This document shows positions 38,327 through 51,599 of a stretch of DNA of 64,000 nucleotides, one piece after another. Made by a program: the position numbers and the translations under genes. The notes under the pieces were generated by a model. It made no database searches, had not been told where the DNA came from, and saw nothing but the letters and a program-made list of their open reading frames with translations. How positions within the stretch are numbered: position 1 is the first letter of the stretch; each line of letters opens with the position of its first letter. Source of the DNA: Nageia nagi (taxonomy: Eukaryota; Plantae; Pinophyta). The stretch spans positions 117,490,001 through 117,554,000 of the forward strand of contig JBITNC010000001.1 of NCBI GenBank assembly GCA_050084985.1, in the 5' to 3' direction.

Positions 38327-39209
38327 GATCACGTTTGTGGAACATAAAAAATAACGAGCTCTCAAACTAGGCCTGAAATGCGTTGATATTCTATTTATTT
38401 TTCCGCATGTCTATCCATATAACCATGACAGTTGGGCTTGGATTGTCATTTGGTTTAAATCAGGCTGGATTCTCTTTGTATACAGGAATCGGCATGCAAA
38501 GTGCAGATAAAAGTCTAATTCATGCCGGCAATTATAGATTTTTGTATGATAGAGTTTTAGAGAACAAGGAAATTAGGGTTGACAAGCGACGCAAATATAA
38601 TATAAATAAAACACCTGGCATTTCATTTCGTGGTTTCGTGCTAGCTTGTGCGAATTCTCTTGAATTTCTACAACGGTCAGGGAAATAAATATTGGCCTAT
38701 TGAAGGTGACGGAGAAGACCTTACTTCTCAAGAAGGAATACTCAAGTCCGTGATTTCTTGCTCACCAAGTTTCAAAGATTTTGTCTCGGTGCTGGTTTGG
38801 TGAAGAAAAAGGAAGCCCAAGAACGTACCATGGTGACCAACTTGACTAAGTGGGTTAAGTAAGAAAGCCAGTCTTTCGTTTTTCCATGAGAGTTTTGTTT
38901 AGGCTAAACTCTGTGACATGATATGATGTCATCTTGAGTGCACCCCTCAAATATTTTAAAACAAAGTTGACATTGATCTAATTTAATATCTTTTAAATCT
39001 AAAATTTGGAGCATATTGTTTTTCTACTTATTGGAGAAGAACTATAAGAATTTGTTTTGTTGGAAGGTTTAAGGTTTTTATTTTTTAATTTTTTTTGGTT
39101 GAATTATAGGAACAAAGAATTTAATTAATGATCTTTGTAAGTGAATTATTTTAGTAATAAAAATTTGAACTTTAAGATTATAGGATTATAAATAAAATTC
39201 ATTAATTTT

Positions 39210-42200
39210 TTTCTTGGATATAGTAAAAAAGGAGGTTGATTATAGGATTGTAAATAAGTAGTGAAGCAATAAGAATATAATCATAATGCAGTAGTTAAAA
39301 TTGAATTCAAGGTAAAAAAATTAGCTAGGTTGTAATCAATCTAAAATTATTATGGAGAGGTCGAGGTTAAAGCCTTCGCCAATGCCATTAAAAACTTAGG
39401 CCAATGTGGGTACAAGAGATAATCTTGATCATATAATTGAAGCAAAACTAGAGGTAATGATCATTGATAATGTGGTTAGGCTTATCGTTTCAAAACAAAA
39501 TACTCAAGATTGTAAGAGATAAAAGAAAGAACACTATGATTGGGAGACTCATAGGAATCAAACTCAATTTAGAGCAAATTCAAAATTTGGTAATTAAACA
39601 TTGGAAGCTATCATTGCAAGTGTATGTAGTGACACTTGTGCATGAATTTGTATTCTTAAATTTTACAAATACTCTTGCTTTGAACAAAGTTCTCGATCTA
39701 CTACCCTGGTTCCTTGGACGTAAAGGTATAGTGTTGAAACAATGGCACCCAATATTTTGACCTGATAAGGAGAATATACATTTAGTTCTAGTAGGGGTGA
39801 ATTTTCTTGATCTTCTATCATATTACTAGAATATGAGTGTCATAACTAGTATAGCCAATTCAATTGGATCTCTTATTTCAATTGATAAAGTTACATGACT
39901 TGGGAAGAGAATGATTGAAGCTTGTTTATGTTTATATATTGATATCATCAAAGAACTATGACAAAAGATATTATTGGATAAAGAAGATGGCGGTACATGG
40001 GAGCAAGAACTAATCTATGAGAACCTTCATGTTAATATAACATATGTAGCAAGTTCGATCACTATACAAAAGAATATCATGATGGAAAACAAAAAACTAA
40101 AAATCTTAATCTTGATCCATAAGAAGGATGGAAGACTCCTTCTAAAAGCAACCAATGCTATGAGAGGAATGATCGATTTCAATAAAATAGAGGAGGTAAC
40201 AACTTTTAGAGGAGAATGAATGTTGAAACTCAAAATTCTTTCTAGCCACTAAATCAAGATGGAGGTAAAAATATTGTTGATATTAATAACAAAGAAGAAC
40301 ATCATATATTAGCAACATAAGGTGAAATAGTAACATACGAAGGATATTGGATGTAGATAAGAGGAAAAAAAATATAAATAAGATCTTTCTACAAATTCGA
40401 GAAACACATAAGGAAACTGGAATGAAAGTTGATAGTAGAAACAATATGATACCATAAAGGATGTTTTACAATATGAGAAAGACTTTAACTATTAGAAAAT
40501 ATCATGTAGGAAGACCTTCTAGCTAAGAAGAAAGGAAAAAGAAGATAAATAAAGATATTACTAATGGAAACCAAAGCACTCTAGAGAAAAGTGGGGGCTA
40601 AAGGGCCTTAAGTGGAATCCAATGATTATTTTCAACTAGAATGTAAGGGATTGCAATACCGCTAATAGATAAAAATTTATCAAAGACCTATGTAGAGAAG
40701 TACATCTTGATATTATATTTTTGCAAGAAACTAAGATGAAAAGAGAAAATGGTATTAGAGGTAATTGATAATGATATGGAAAGGAATTGTACATGAATGG
40801 AAGAAATCTAATGGAATATTTGGAGGATTATTTATCCTCTAGAACACAACTATAATTAAAGGTATGATTCCTCTCCCTACCTTATCTAGCAGGTATATAC
40901 ATACACATTTTAAGGTGATTATCTCCAATTTTGAATTTATTGCAACCATTATCTATTCCTATAATAATCCCTATAAGAGAAGGTAATTGTTTGAAAGTAT
41001 TACTAGTGATAGAAGATAATGCAATCACCTCCCATGGATGGTTATTAGAGACTTCAATACCATTCTACATTCTTATGAAAAAATTGGAGGAAGGGAAGAA
41101 TCTAGGAGTAACATGGAGGGTCGAAGGAATTTCATCAACTTGTATTAATTGATGGATATGAATTTAATAGGTAATACATTTACTTGATCAAATAATTAGG
41201 TGAAAGAGTCCTTCATTTAATATAAACTAGATAGATCTCTTTGTTATTTGAATTTTTTGACTCAATTTTCTAAAGTACCATATGTGTTACAAGATAAAAA
41301 TTAACTCTGATCATAGCCCCATTCTCCTCATGGTTGAACCCTTAACCCCCCAAAAAAGGTCCCTTTTAGATTTGAGGCAATGTAAATCACTTATCTTGAT
41401 TTGAAAAGTAAAATTGAATAATGGTGGATAGATAAAGTAGTATATGGAATCATAGTATTCCAAGTTACAGCCAAACTAGAATTTCTATACAAATAAATTG
41501 AAGGAGTGGAATAGAACTATATTCCAGAATATCATAAAAAGAAAAAAAGGCATCAAATAGAGATTAAAATTATTGAATCATATTACCAATAAGAGAAAAG
41601 ATCCAAATCTTAGGAGGAAGTTTAGTAAGAAAAAGAGCTAAAAAAGGAATATAAATTGATTGTACATTAAGAAGAAATTCATTGAAAATAGAAATCTAAG
41701 GTAAATTGGCTACAAGAAGGTAATCAAAATACAAGATTCTTTTAAATAATGACCATGAGATATAGACCATACAATCAAATAAGGAAAATCCAACTAGAGG
41801 ATGGTTCCATGATAGAGGAAATATTAGAAATAAAAGAAAGTGATGTTAGATTTTATGAAAAATAGTTAGCTCCTGACCAAGGAGAATATCTACTCTCTAT
41901 CTAGAAAATCCTCAAAAACATTTCAAATGTAATAGGTTATGAGAAAAATGCCATGCTTACAAAATCATTTTCAAAATAATAAGTCAAAGATGTAGTATTT
42001 ATGATGGAAAAATATAAGGTACCAAGTTTGGATTGCTTCTCTATGATATTCTTCAAACCTTCTAGCGCATCATAGGGGAAGAAGTAACTTAGGCATTTTA
42101 AGAATTCCAACAAAATGATACCCCCTTGAAAAGATAGAATGTCACCTTTCTAATGCTCTTAACTAAAATCTAGTGAGATTATTATTTGAAATATTTTAGG

Positions 42201-44150
42201 TCAATCAATCTATATAATATAATATATAAAATTATAACCAAAATTTTGGCTAACATGTTGTAGCTCATTCTCTTGAAATTAATCTCATTGGAATAAAATA
42301 GCTTTGTAAAAGGGAGATAGCTTGGGGATGGAATTGTAAGCATGCATGAGCTAATCACTCTATCAGGATTAAGAAATTAGTGATAATGTTGACAAAGTTA
42401 GATATGTAAAAGGCTTATGATAGAGTTTCATGAGCTTTTATAGATAAAGTATTAGAGAAATTTGATTTTTCCCTCTTGTGGAGAAAATAGATTATAACTT
42501 GCATCTCAATTGTTGCCTTCTTAGTTTTGATCAGTAAAGAGTCCACTAGATTCTTTAACTCACAAAGAGTTTTGAGCCAAGGGGATCCAATATCTCCATA
42601 TTTTTTATTATCATAGCAGAAGCTATATGTAGATAAATGAGAAATGCAAAGAAGGAAAAAAGGATTGAAGGCATTATCCCTACCCATGGATGTGATTCTA
42701 TCATCCACCATCAATTTTTGGATGACACAATTTTGGATGGTAAACCTTTTGTAAAGGAAGTAAAGGAACTCATAAAAGATCCTAGGAGAATATACGAAGG
42801 CCTCACATCAAATAATAAACTTCCATAATACTAGCTAGAATTTATTTTCTTAATACTCTTAAAGAAAGGCAAAGGCAACTAGTATAAATTTATTTAGGTG
42901 TGAGATTGATACCTCCTCTCCAAATATTTGGTAATGCCTTTGTTTAGTGGGAGATTTTTGATAGAATTGGAAATAGATTATTTAGGTGACAAGGAGCTTT
43001 TCTTAGTTAAGCTAGGAAGTTACAACTACTAAAAATAATTGTACAAAGTATCCCTATATAATTTTCTAGTATCTTCAAAATGCTGGTGTTGGTAGCTAAA
43101 ACGATTGACCAAATCCATAGAAATTTTCTTTGGATAGTAGGTGAGGAGAAGAAAAACTTCCACTTAGTAGCTTGGGAAAAAATATGAAGGGTAAATAATG
43201 AAGGAGGATTAGCATTTAGGTCAATGAAATGGGTAAATCAAGCCTTCAAGCTGAAGATGGTATGGAAACTATGAGGTGGGTTAGTTAATGACTGATCAAA
43301 ATAATTTAAGCCAAATATTTGGAAGGTGGTGATAATTTCCTCATGGTTATTAACTCTTCAAAAAGGTTATACCTTATAAAATGAATTGGTTGATATCAGG
43401 GATACAATTTAGCTAAACTCAAAATGGGAAATTAACAAGGGAAATGAAGTCATGTTCTAGGATGATCCTTGATTGGTTCAAACACCTTTGGGATAGATTT
43501 ATGGCTATTATTTTCCCACAAAATTGGGAAAAATTAAAAATTAAATGCAAAGTTCAAGAGTATATCCAAAGAGATAACATTGATGCTAGATTCTTCATTC
43601 CTCCTCCTCTAAATTTATAAATAGAATATATCCTTCAATAAGTTTAACATTGAATTTAGTATTACAATATATTCTCTTCAATAAAAATGATGAACTAAAT
43701 TGGATAGGAGAAATGGGGCCTAAAGCAAGTTATTATGTAAAAATACAATATGAGAAACTTAATCCAAATATAAAGGATGTAAGGAAAGGTCTATGGATAA
43801 GGTTTATACTTTGAGCCTAATCCTAGAAATTTCATGTTTCACATGGGCAATAACATTGAACAACATCAAGACTAATGAAAATAAAAGGAAAAGAGGAATG
43901 ATTTTTCCCAACATGTGTGTCATGTGTAGCTATGAGGAAGATATGGTCTGACACTTGTTCCTCTATTGCTCCATATCCTTAGAAATTTTGTATAAATTAA
44001 GTCAGCTACTTAGGTGATAATGGGTAATACCTTTTAAGATTAATAAATTAATATATTAGTGGATATCGGGAATGAAGGAAAAATTTGGCTAGATATTGGA
44101 CCTTTATAGTACCATATACTCTTTTAGTACTATAGAAAGAGACATCAATA
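39210..44150 (+). mobile_element. Near full-length degenerate L1-type LINE (ORF1 plus ORF2 EN-RT-zf-RVT)
   Basis: ORF1 ~39420-40610 (MIGRLIG..PWFLGRKGIVLKQWHP, WEQELIYENL); ORF2 from ATG 40622 (MIIFN*NVR, IIFLQETK, SDHSPI, NWLQEGNQNTRFF, QGDPISPY, HQFLDDT, CVMC..EED..HLFLYC). Confidence 0.9.
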
Positions 44151-46140
44151 TTATCAAAAAATATCAATATTTGTTAAAAAATAACCCCACCATGGATTTG
44201 GTAATTTATGATATATTTGATAACATTCTCTTAAAGGCCCCATATTCCACATCGAATAGTGAGGTAGAGGATTTAATGAAGGTTTCATGATGTGGAAAAG
44301 TGGTCACACAAGTGGGGAGGATTTAGCTCATATGGCTCAAGTGAGAAAAACTCTACTTATTCCCCCCAAGTATAATATGGTGTGCCATTATGTGATTTAA
44401 GTGATACATGATATGTAGTGTATTTATTGGAAGGTGTAGGGGCTAGTATACATTGTATAAAGGTTCCAATTCAATCCATTACAACTCTACATTACACTAC
44501 AAATATAGGTATAATAAGAATGGGAAATATTAAGCAAGTGGAACCTAGTTATTTCCACAAAGTGAAAGCAAAAAAGAAGGTATAGAAGAGACTTAGGCAT
44601 GGTGGAGTTACTATATTTTTAAAATGATGTAAGCAACATGATATGGATCTCTCCTAAAAGATGGTAAAATCTTGAAAGAATGACTACACAATGGTGGGTA
44701 TACTTTTCAAAGGAGGTGATAGTTGTAGCCACCATTTAGAGTTTGGATGGAAGGTTCTTTGATAGACATTTAAAAATTGAATAAGTTAAGGTGAATGAAA
44801 TTTTGGAGGAGTAAAACTGGTTAAAAAATATAAATTTGGGTATGTAAGGGAGAAGCTCCCCATGCCCTAGAACTAGATGGTAGAATGGGTTATCTATGTC
44901 TTCATCTTGGAGGGATGGTTGATCATAATTTATGATCCTTATATCATACTTATGAAGCATTTACATAATGAGGATTGGAAGATCTATTTTCATTTCTTTT
45001 TTCTCACTTATCTTAGAAAATTCATGAATCATGCAAAGTAGGGGAAGGAGGATTACCCACTACATTAGGGACTAATTTCTCTCATATATGAGTGAATGAT
45101 GGTAAATAGCCCACATGAAGCCCTTCATGGCCTAGGAGAGGAGAATATGGATTATTCTAAGGAATAACCACTTTTAAATCTAAATAAATTATTCCTCTTG
45201 TGGATTCAAATAAGTTAATGAAGGAGAGATCCACATGTCAAATCCAAGAGAAGATAAAAGGAAATGAATAATTGACTAGTAAACAGGTAGAAAAAGGGAA
45301 ACCCAAGACCCCTAAGATAACTAATATTACTATAAATAAGGTTAAAGGAATCAAATTAGATTTAACCTCATCTCAACCTACTAATAAAAGAAGAAGAGAT
45401 GAATCCAAAGTCACTACATCTCTAGTGTAAATTCAAGGGATCATTACAATTACAAGAAACTATGCAAAATTAAGTAGGGATGATTTAGATGGTGGAGCTT
45501 ATAGTAATTATACAATAAACATAGGATTCCATATACCCTATCATGAAGGATTAAAAAATAACCCCCTAGTGCTATCTCTAAGGGACAAAGGAAAGGAAAA
45601 TTAAAGAAGGTGAAAAATAAGTCCTATGAGCTTGAGGCCCCCTCCTGAGCCTTCTGTGAAAAAGGAACTCAATACATACTCTAGAAATTACTTATACAAG
45701 CCTAATGCAATTCCATTATATATGAAATGAGGAATGATATGTGGAGATGAAGAAAAAAGGAAAATAAAGCATTGTTACAAAGGAAATGTGAGGGAAGAAT
45801 AAGACACAATAGGAAGAGGCTCTACTAATGGGTACTGGAGGCTCTAATAAATTGGTTATAGCTCTAGAGAAATAGAAAGAAAATAATATTAAGTAAAATA
45901 AATCCATTCTATGCAGTGTCATTCCATATGATCTTTTGTTTTAGTCCTTTTTGTTAACTAGTAGGATGGTCCTAATGAATTGTTGCTAATAGGTATGATA
46001 TCAACTGTAGTCTAGTGTTATTTTGGATATTGAGTAGATGTAATCATTAGAAGTTTGACATAATACAATCTCTACTTTTGTACTTTTTTGGCTTAGTTGT
46101 GGGACCTATTAAAACCCTCTCTTTTACTCTTATAAAAAAT
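44150..46140 (+). mobile_element. Second, internally deleted LINE-like segment with A-rich 3' tail
   Basis: ORF2 homology is lost at ~44150; Lys/Arg-rich ORF1-like remnants to ~45860; T-rich 3' UTR-like sequence ending aaaaccctctcttttactcttataaaaaa. Confidence 0.4.
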
Positions 46141-49100
46141 CATTAATTAAATATTTTTTTATACTGGTAACAAAACAAGATTACCCAAAATGTACTTTAA
46201 AAAGTTTCAACAATACAATTGTTTATAGAAACATAAAACCCATTTCAACCTAACTGCAACCTATTGAAGCCTAAATAAGATTCATTAATTATAATTTAAA
46301 ATAAATATATTATTACTTATGAACTGGTATCCATTTATATTATTTAATAATATAGTATATTATAAATAGTTAAAACTCTTTACATTTCAAGTATATTTAA
46401 TAATTATTTCATATATACTAAAAATATATTTGTCAAGATTATTTATTTGATCATTCTTTTATAATATTTGATTGATTAGATAAATTTTAGAAGTACTTAA
46501 GAGACTCTATGGTAATTTTTATTGTATATTTATATTTCATTAACATTATATTAAGAGTTCTTATCACTTGTATAATTTTTTGACTTTAATTTATACAAAA
46601 TGATTGAAATATAATTCTTGGCATAGGTTATAATATAGGTTTCACCTTTTAGAAGATGATGTCTATCTTAAATTCAAATTAATAATTTCAAATAAATGTC
46701 AATGTCTCATATAAATATTATTGATTTACATTTATATATTATTTGTTTGCATATATTTCATAATTTAAATTTTTTTATAAGTTTTATTATATGTTCATTT
46801 AATAATAGTTATTGATAAATAGAGTCTTAGAAGTTACCATATTTATGCTATTGTAAAATAATTATAGGCTAAACTTATGAAGGTCCTAATGAGAGGAGTC
46901 AAGGTTGCTAAATACAATAGAATCATAAACCTATTTGTAGTTGGATAAACAACCATGAGAAAATTACTACACAAAATACTATTAGCATTATATTTTATTA
47001 AATTAATATTAAAAGTTATATTTATTTAAATCTCTTTACTCTATCTATTTTATTGCATCAATAGATCTTTAAAAAAAAATTATAATTTTGATATATAAGA
47101 ATAAAGGTTGGTTAAATTTTGAAGAAATTAAAATCATAGTTGAAGTTAAATATCATTTAACATCATCAAATTTCCTTTAGTACTCATCATCCTAGATAAA
47201 GTTATAATCATTTTTTTAAAATCCTAATGAAGGATACACTAATATTCTAGTTACAAGATAATATATTATGGTTTTAATTTGACATTACAAGATACTTAAT
47301 TTATTTTTTTAATGGAGATATTTCTATAAAAGTTTCAACCTTGTTAACGTTGATACCAATGCTTCATGTAAAGATGATATGCAAAATTATTTTTCTAAGG
47401 TCATTAAGAATACTTCCAAATATATTAATAATCAAAATATTATCCTTAAATGTAGAATGTGGTATTCTCATTTGAGGTAATGGTGTCCATGTAATCTTCT
47501 AAGTTTTTATTATTATATATTTATATATGGCCTTAGCAATTTTATATCCAAAAGGTATCGCATAATAAAACATTATGCAAGAGGCTAAAAAAATACTTTT
47601 TATATTGATATTTTTTAAGTAATTTTATATTGGTTGTATCTTAAGAATATATCTAAGGGATAACATATATATCCAATAGCCAAATAAATAATCATATTCA
47701 TGTTTAGAAATAGTAAAATCATGAAGGTGTAGCCTTATTGATATCTTGAAAGTTAATATAAATGCTTAGTCTTATTTTAAAAGGGAATGATAGTGGAATC
47801 TAATTACAATAGAAGATGAGTAACTCCTATGTGTAATATTGTCATGTAATATTCCTCTTAAAAAGGTGTTATAAATGACATATCATCATACATCTATGAG
47901 GAGCCTCACAAGATGAAAAAAATAGTTATATGTATTATTTTGGATCCAAGGGAGGTAGATTCGTCAAAGAAACACAATTTAATAGGTAATAAGGTCACGA
48001 ATAAGATTTATGTGTATAAAGGAAATTATCAAGAATGGATGGGAATTTAAGATTAAAATAATAATGATGAAAAATATGATAGGATAATATTGAATATAAT
48101 AATGATATTACTAGTATTGAAGAAAATGATAAATCAAATAGAGAAACATTTTAATCTAAACATAATATAGTTTTATTCTCTTATCCTTTATTATCATAAA
48201 ATAAGGTTGTAGGAAATTTTAAATTGTTTCAAGAAGAATAATTCCAAGATTAGATGTAATCTAAATATAAAATATTAAATAGATATATGAGTGCATCCAT
48301 TTAAAATATAAAATACAAGATGGTCCTCAATAAAACAATATGTTATTTTTGAGAGTTAACCTATTACTATTATATAATACTACTAGACCTAAAGGATTTA
48401 AGGTAACAATAACAAGGGATGTTATTTACTTTGAAGACTTCACAGATCATATTGAATAGGATAAAATCTCAAAGAAAATATTATAGTAAATACTTTACAT
48501 AGACATTTGAGAAACAATCAAAGGGAAATGACTTGTTAAAAGAAGAATATATTTTAGATTTTATTCTAAGATCTTTAGTCTTATCCCTCTCTTAAAAGAG
48601 ACAAAGCCTACAACCTTAAACAATATCATCCAGGCTAATAACTCAATAAATAGAGAAATATTAAGACTTCAATAAGTAAAAATAATATGGAAAAGGACTA
48701 GGACTACTAAGGTACTAGTAAAGGATTGATATGAAATTGGAAAGGTAAATTCAATCCCTACCTTACCAAAAAAGGATTGGAATATTAGAGAGGTATTGTC
48801 AATATCTACCTTATCACAAAAGATTAGAAACAAAACATAGAGGTGTAGCTAATCTCTACAACAACTAAAATACATGGGAATGAACCTTCATATTTATAGA
48901 AAGGTTATACATTATCTAATCTAAATGGGATAATCATGAAAGAAGAAAACAAGATTGTTATTATTTCAATGGAATTGGTTTCTAGTATAAAGGAAAAGTT
49001 GAAGTTGGAATACCAAAAAAGAGGTATTACTAAAGAAAAAAAGAGGTAAGAATATCTAGAAAATTTAATTTAAAATAATAAATAAGCCTAAAATACTTAA

Positions 49101-50517
49101 ATAGATTAGTTGATAGGAAAAGAAAAAGTAAGGATAACTACAAACTATTAATCAAGAATAAGAGTTATAAAATAATGAAATTAGTTTTTATATTATATCT
49201 CTCTTTGAATTGGGAAATAAATAAATAGTTTCTATAAAAAATGACAAAGTTATAGAAATGGCTCTCAATGGAATGATAGATAAATAATATATTGTTGTAA
49301 ATCTCAAAATGTAACATGTCCTTTTTGAGATAGAGATCTTCTTTTTTATCATGTGTTGATTTTGGTTATCTAAAAGAGAGAAAGAATAATTCTTACAAAA
49401 CTACTTATGATAATACTTTAAATAATTCATATGGAACACTAAAAAATGTTTACTAAAGAAGAATATTATAAATCACTCAAAAAGGAAGTAAATAATCATG
49501 TACAATTATTTATGCCATTCTTTCTTGATAATGATCTTATTCAACGATATGAGAACTATTTACATATAGTAAAGATAGATCATTACTATAATATCATATC
49601 ATTTTCCTTTATCCAAGTTGATCATGAGATACCATAGAGACTATGTAAAAGAAGAAAAAATATTATTATAGAATTGGATGAGTAAATTTCTATCCATTGG
49701 GAAATAGGAGAAGCCTAATTCATATAATGTTCTAGATTTAGAAGTGTTTTCATAGTATCTTAGTACATATTAAAAAGTCATATAGTATTAGTAAAAGTAT
49801 GTTATTAATATCACGTGGAAGTAGTATTTATTATATGTATAGTATGTATTAGGAGTACACTAGGTGTCAAAAATGCATTGTGTCAATTCTTAATGTGCCT
49901 AGTATAGACAAGCATATCTAGTAGATGTGTTAAAAAGTCTAAAATCTATAAAAAGGTTAATATAAGTCTATTATGTGTTTAACATGTATTTCAAAACTAT
50001 CCTATCTTCAAACTCAATCATGTTTTAAGTTAGTATATGTATGTGTATTTGGAATTCTTAATTGCATCAAGTTTAAATATATTTAGTATTTTTTATAACA
50101 TGTAAGAACATGTTTTATGAAAGTATGTTATAAATTATTATTAAATTATATCATTAATTATTAGTATTAATATCAAATGTGTTAGTTTTATATAGTAGTA
50201 TTAGTATTATAAAATTATATCATTAAGTATGCCATTAAAGTATGTGTTTTATTATTAGTCTAGTGCTACACTAATCATGTAGTATTAAATGTGTCCTTAA
50301 TTAAAAGTATCATGCAAAATAGGATGATAATAGTGTCTTAGTTTGATTTTTTGAGATTTATTTATAGGGAAATAAAAGTGAAGTAGATTTCTACTTGATG
50401 TAAAATATAGCATTAGGATTGTATTAGTATTGTAGTAGATAAAAATGTATCTTTATAAAAGTATCATAATAAATATGATAATGTATAATAAAAAGGATTA
50501 TAAAATAAGGTAGATCA

Positions 50518-51224
50518 TATTTATTTAATAAATCATATTTAGACTTCTTAAATGATTTAATTCAATATTACATATATCAAGATAAAAGGATGTTATAATG
50601 CAAAGCCATGTGTTATATTAAGTGTTATATCATATATCATGAGTTTTATTTTAAAGTATATTAAATATAACATTGATTATATTAATGTAAGAGGTCAACA
50701 TTCACTCCTTTCTATGTCTTTTTTAGGCTATATAAATAGGTGGATAGGTTGATCTCTAGAGATTGGAACTCTTTTGATATTGATAAATAGCTTTGATAGG
50801 TGGTTGTCAACTATAATGGTGTCTATGTATACCACTTATCTTGAGAACTTGTTATACTCTGAGCTCCAAACTTTCTATCCTTGGTGCACATCATAATTTA
50901 ACACATTAAACACAGCCAACAAAGTGTTTTTCCTACAATGGTAGCAACATGCATCTTCTAGCTTAAGGGTTATAGGCTTGGATGGTTGTGCTATTGGTTC
51001 ATACACATGAAGATTAGTTGTGATCTCACCATGAGTCTGATCCCAATATTCTAAAGATTCATTGCTATTTGCTTTTGAGGATTGTACACACACTTTATAT
51101 CAGGTGCACACTTTTCATGTATATATGTTACGATATAATATAGTGTCTATTGTATAATCAATGTATTCATAGACATTTATTTATTTATGTATTTATTTAT
51201 TAATGACACATTTTTGGATCTACA
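50518..51224 (+). repeat. 5' LTR of element E (alignable part)
   Basis: Direct repeat of 58395-59023; ends gatctaCA; TATA ctatataaatagg at ~50728. Confidence 0.85.
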
Positions 51225-51227
51225 TTT

Positions 51228-51242
51228 TTGTGAACCCAACAT
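51228..51242 (+). promoter_or_regulatory. Primer-binding site of element E, tRNA-Trp type
   Basis: TTGTGAACCCAACAT versus expected TGGTGAACCCGACGT, 3 nt after the LTR. Confidence 0.65.
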
Positions 51243-51599
51243 TATTACACACCTAGGTCATCACCTAGGGTATCCTTTCTAAAAATTCATGAATCCATTT
51301 TTGTTATTATTCATCCCTTTACCTGAAGATATTTGAATAATATCTATAGAAAATGATAAAACTAGGGTTTATTCTACCTAAGTTTCTAAAATAGATTTAA
51401 ATGTAGAAAGACCTAAGTTTTCTATAGGAAAGGTTAATTTTATTGATATTTGAAGAAGTGTTGGGCATAACCCTAACCTGGCTCTACAAGAACCTCACCC
51501 TAGTAACCATGATATTTGTAGTGACTCTGAATATAAAAGCTCTACTAAGAAAATAGATATTATTGGTAAAACTCCTCATAGATTTGATATAAATATTGA

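Noticed and set aside
38383-38688. 101-aa ORF divergent from the CLE gene
   Set aside because: Starts at TTG, has no recognisable motif, and lies in the GC-richer promoter where stop codons are rarer by chance
46150-49700. Purine-rich, coding-like stretch; possible endogenous pararetrovirus or gag relic
   Set aside because: Too degenerate; no movement protein, capsid, RT or clear zinc-knuckle motif could be read. A profile search would be needed
50875-51093. Duplicated 72-aa Cys-containing ORF (also 58674-58892)
   Set aside because: Both copies lie inside the two LTRs of element E, which explains the duplication; non-ATG starts and no domain recognised
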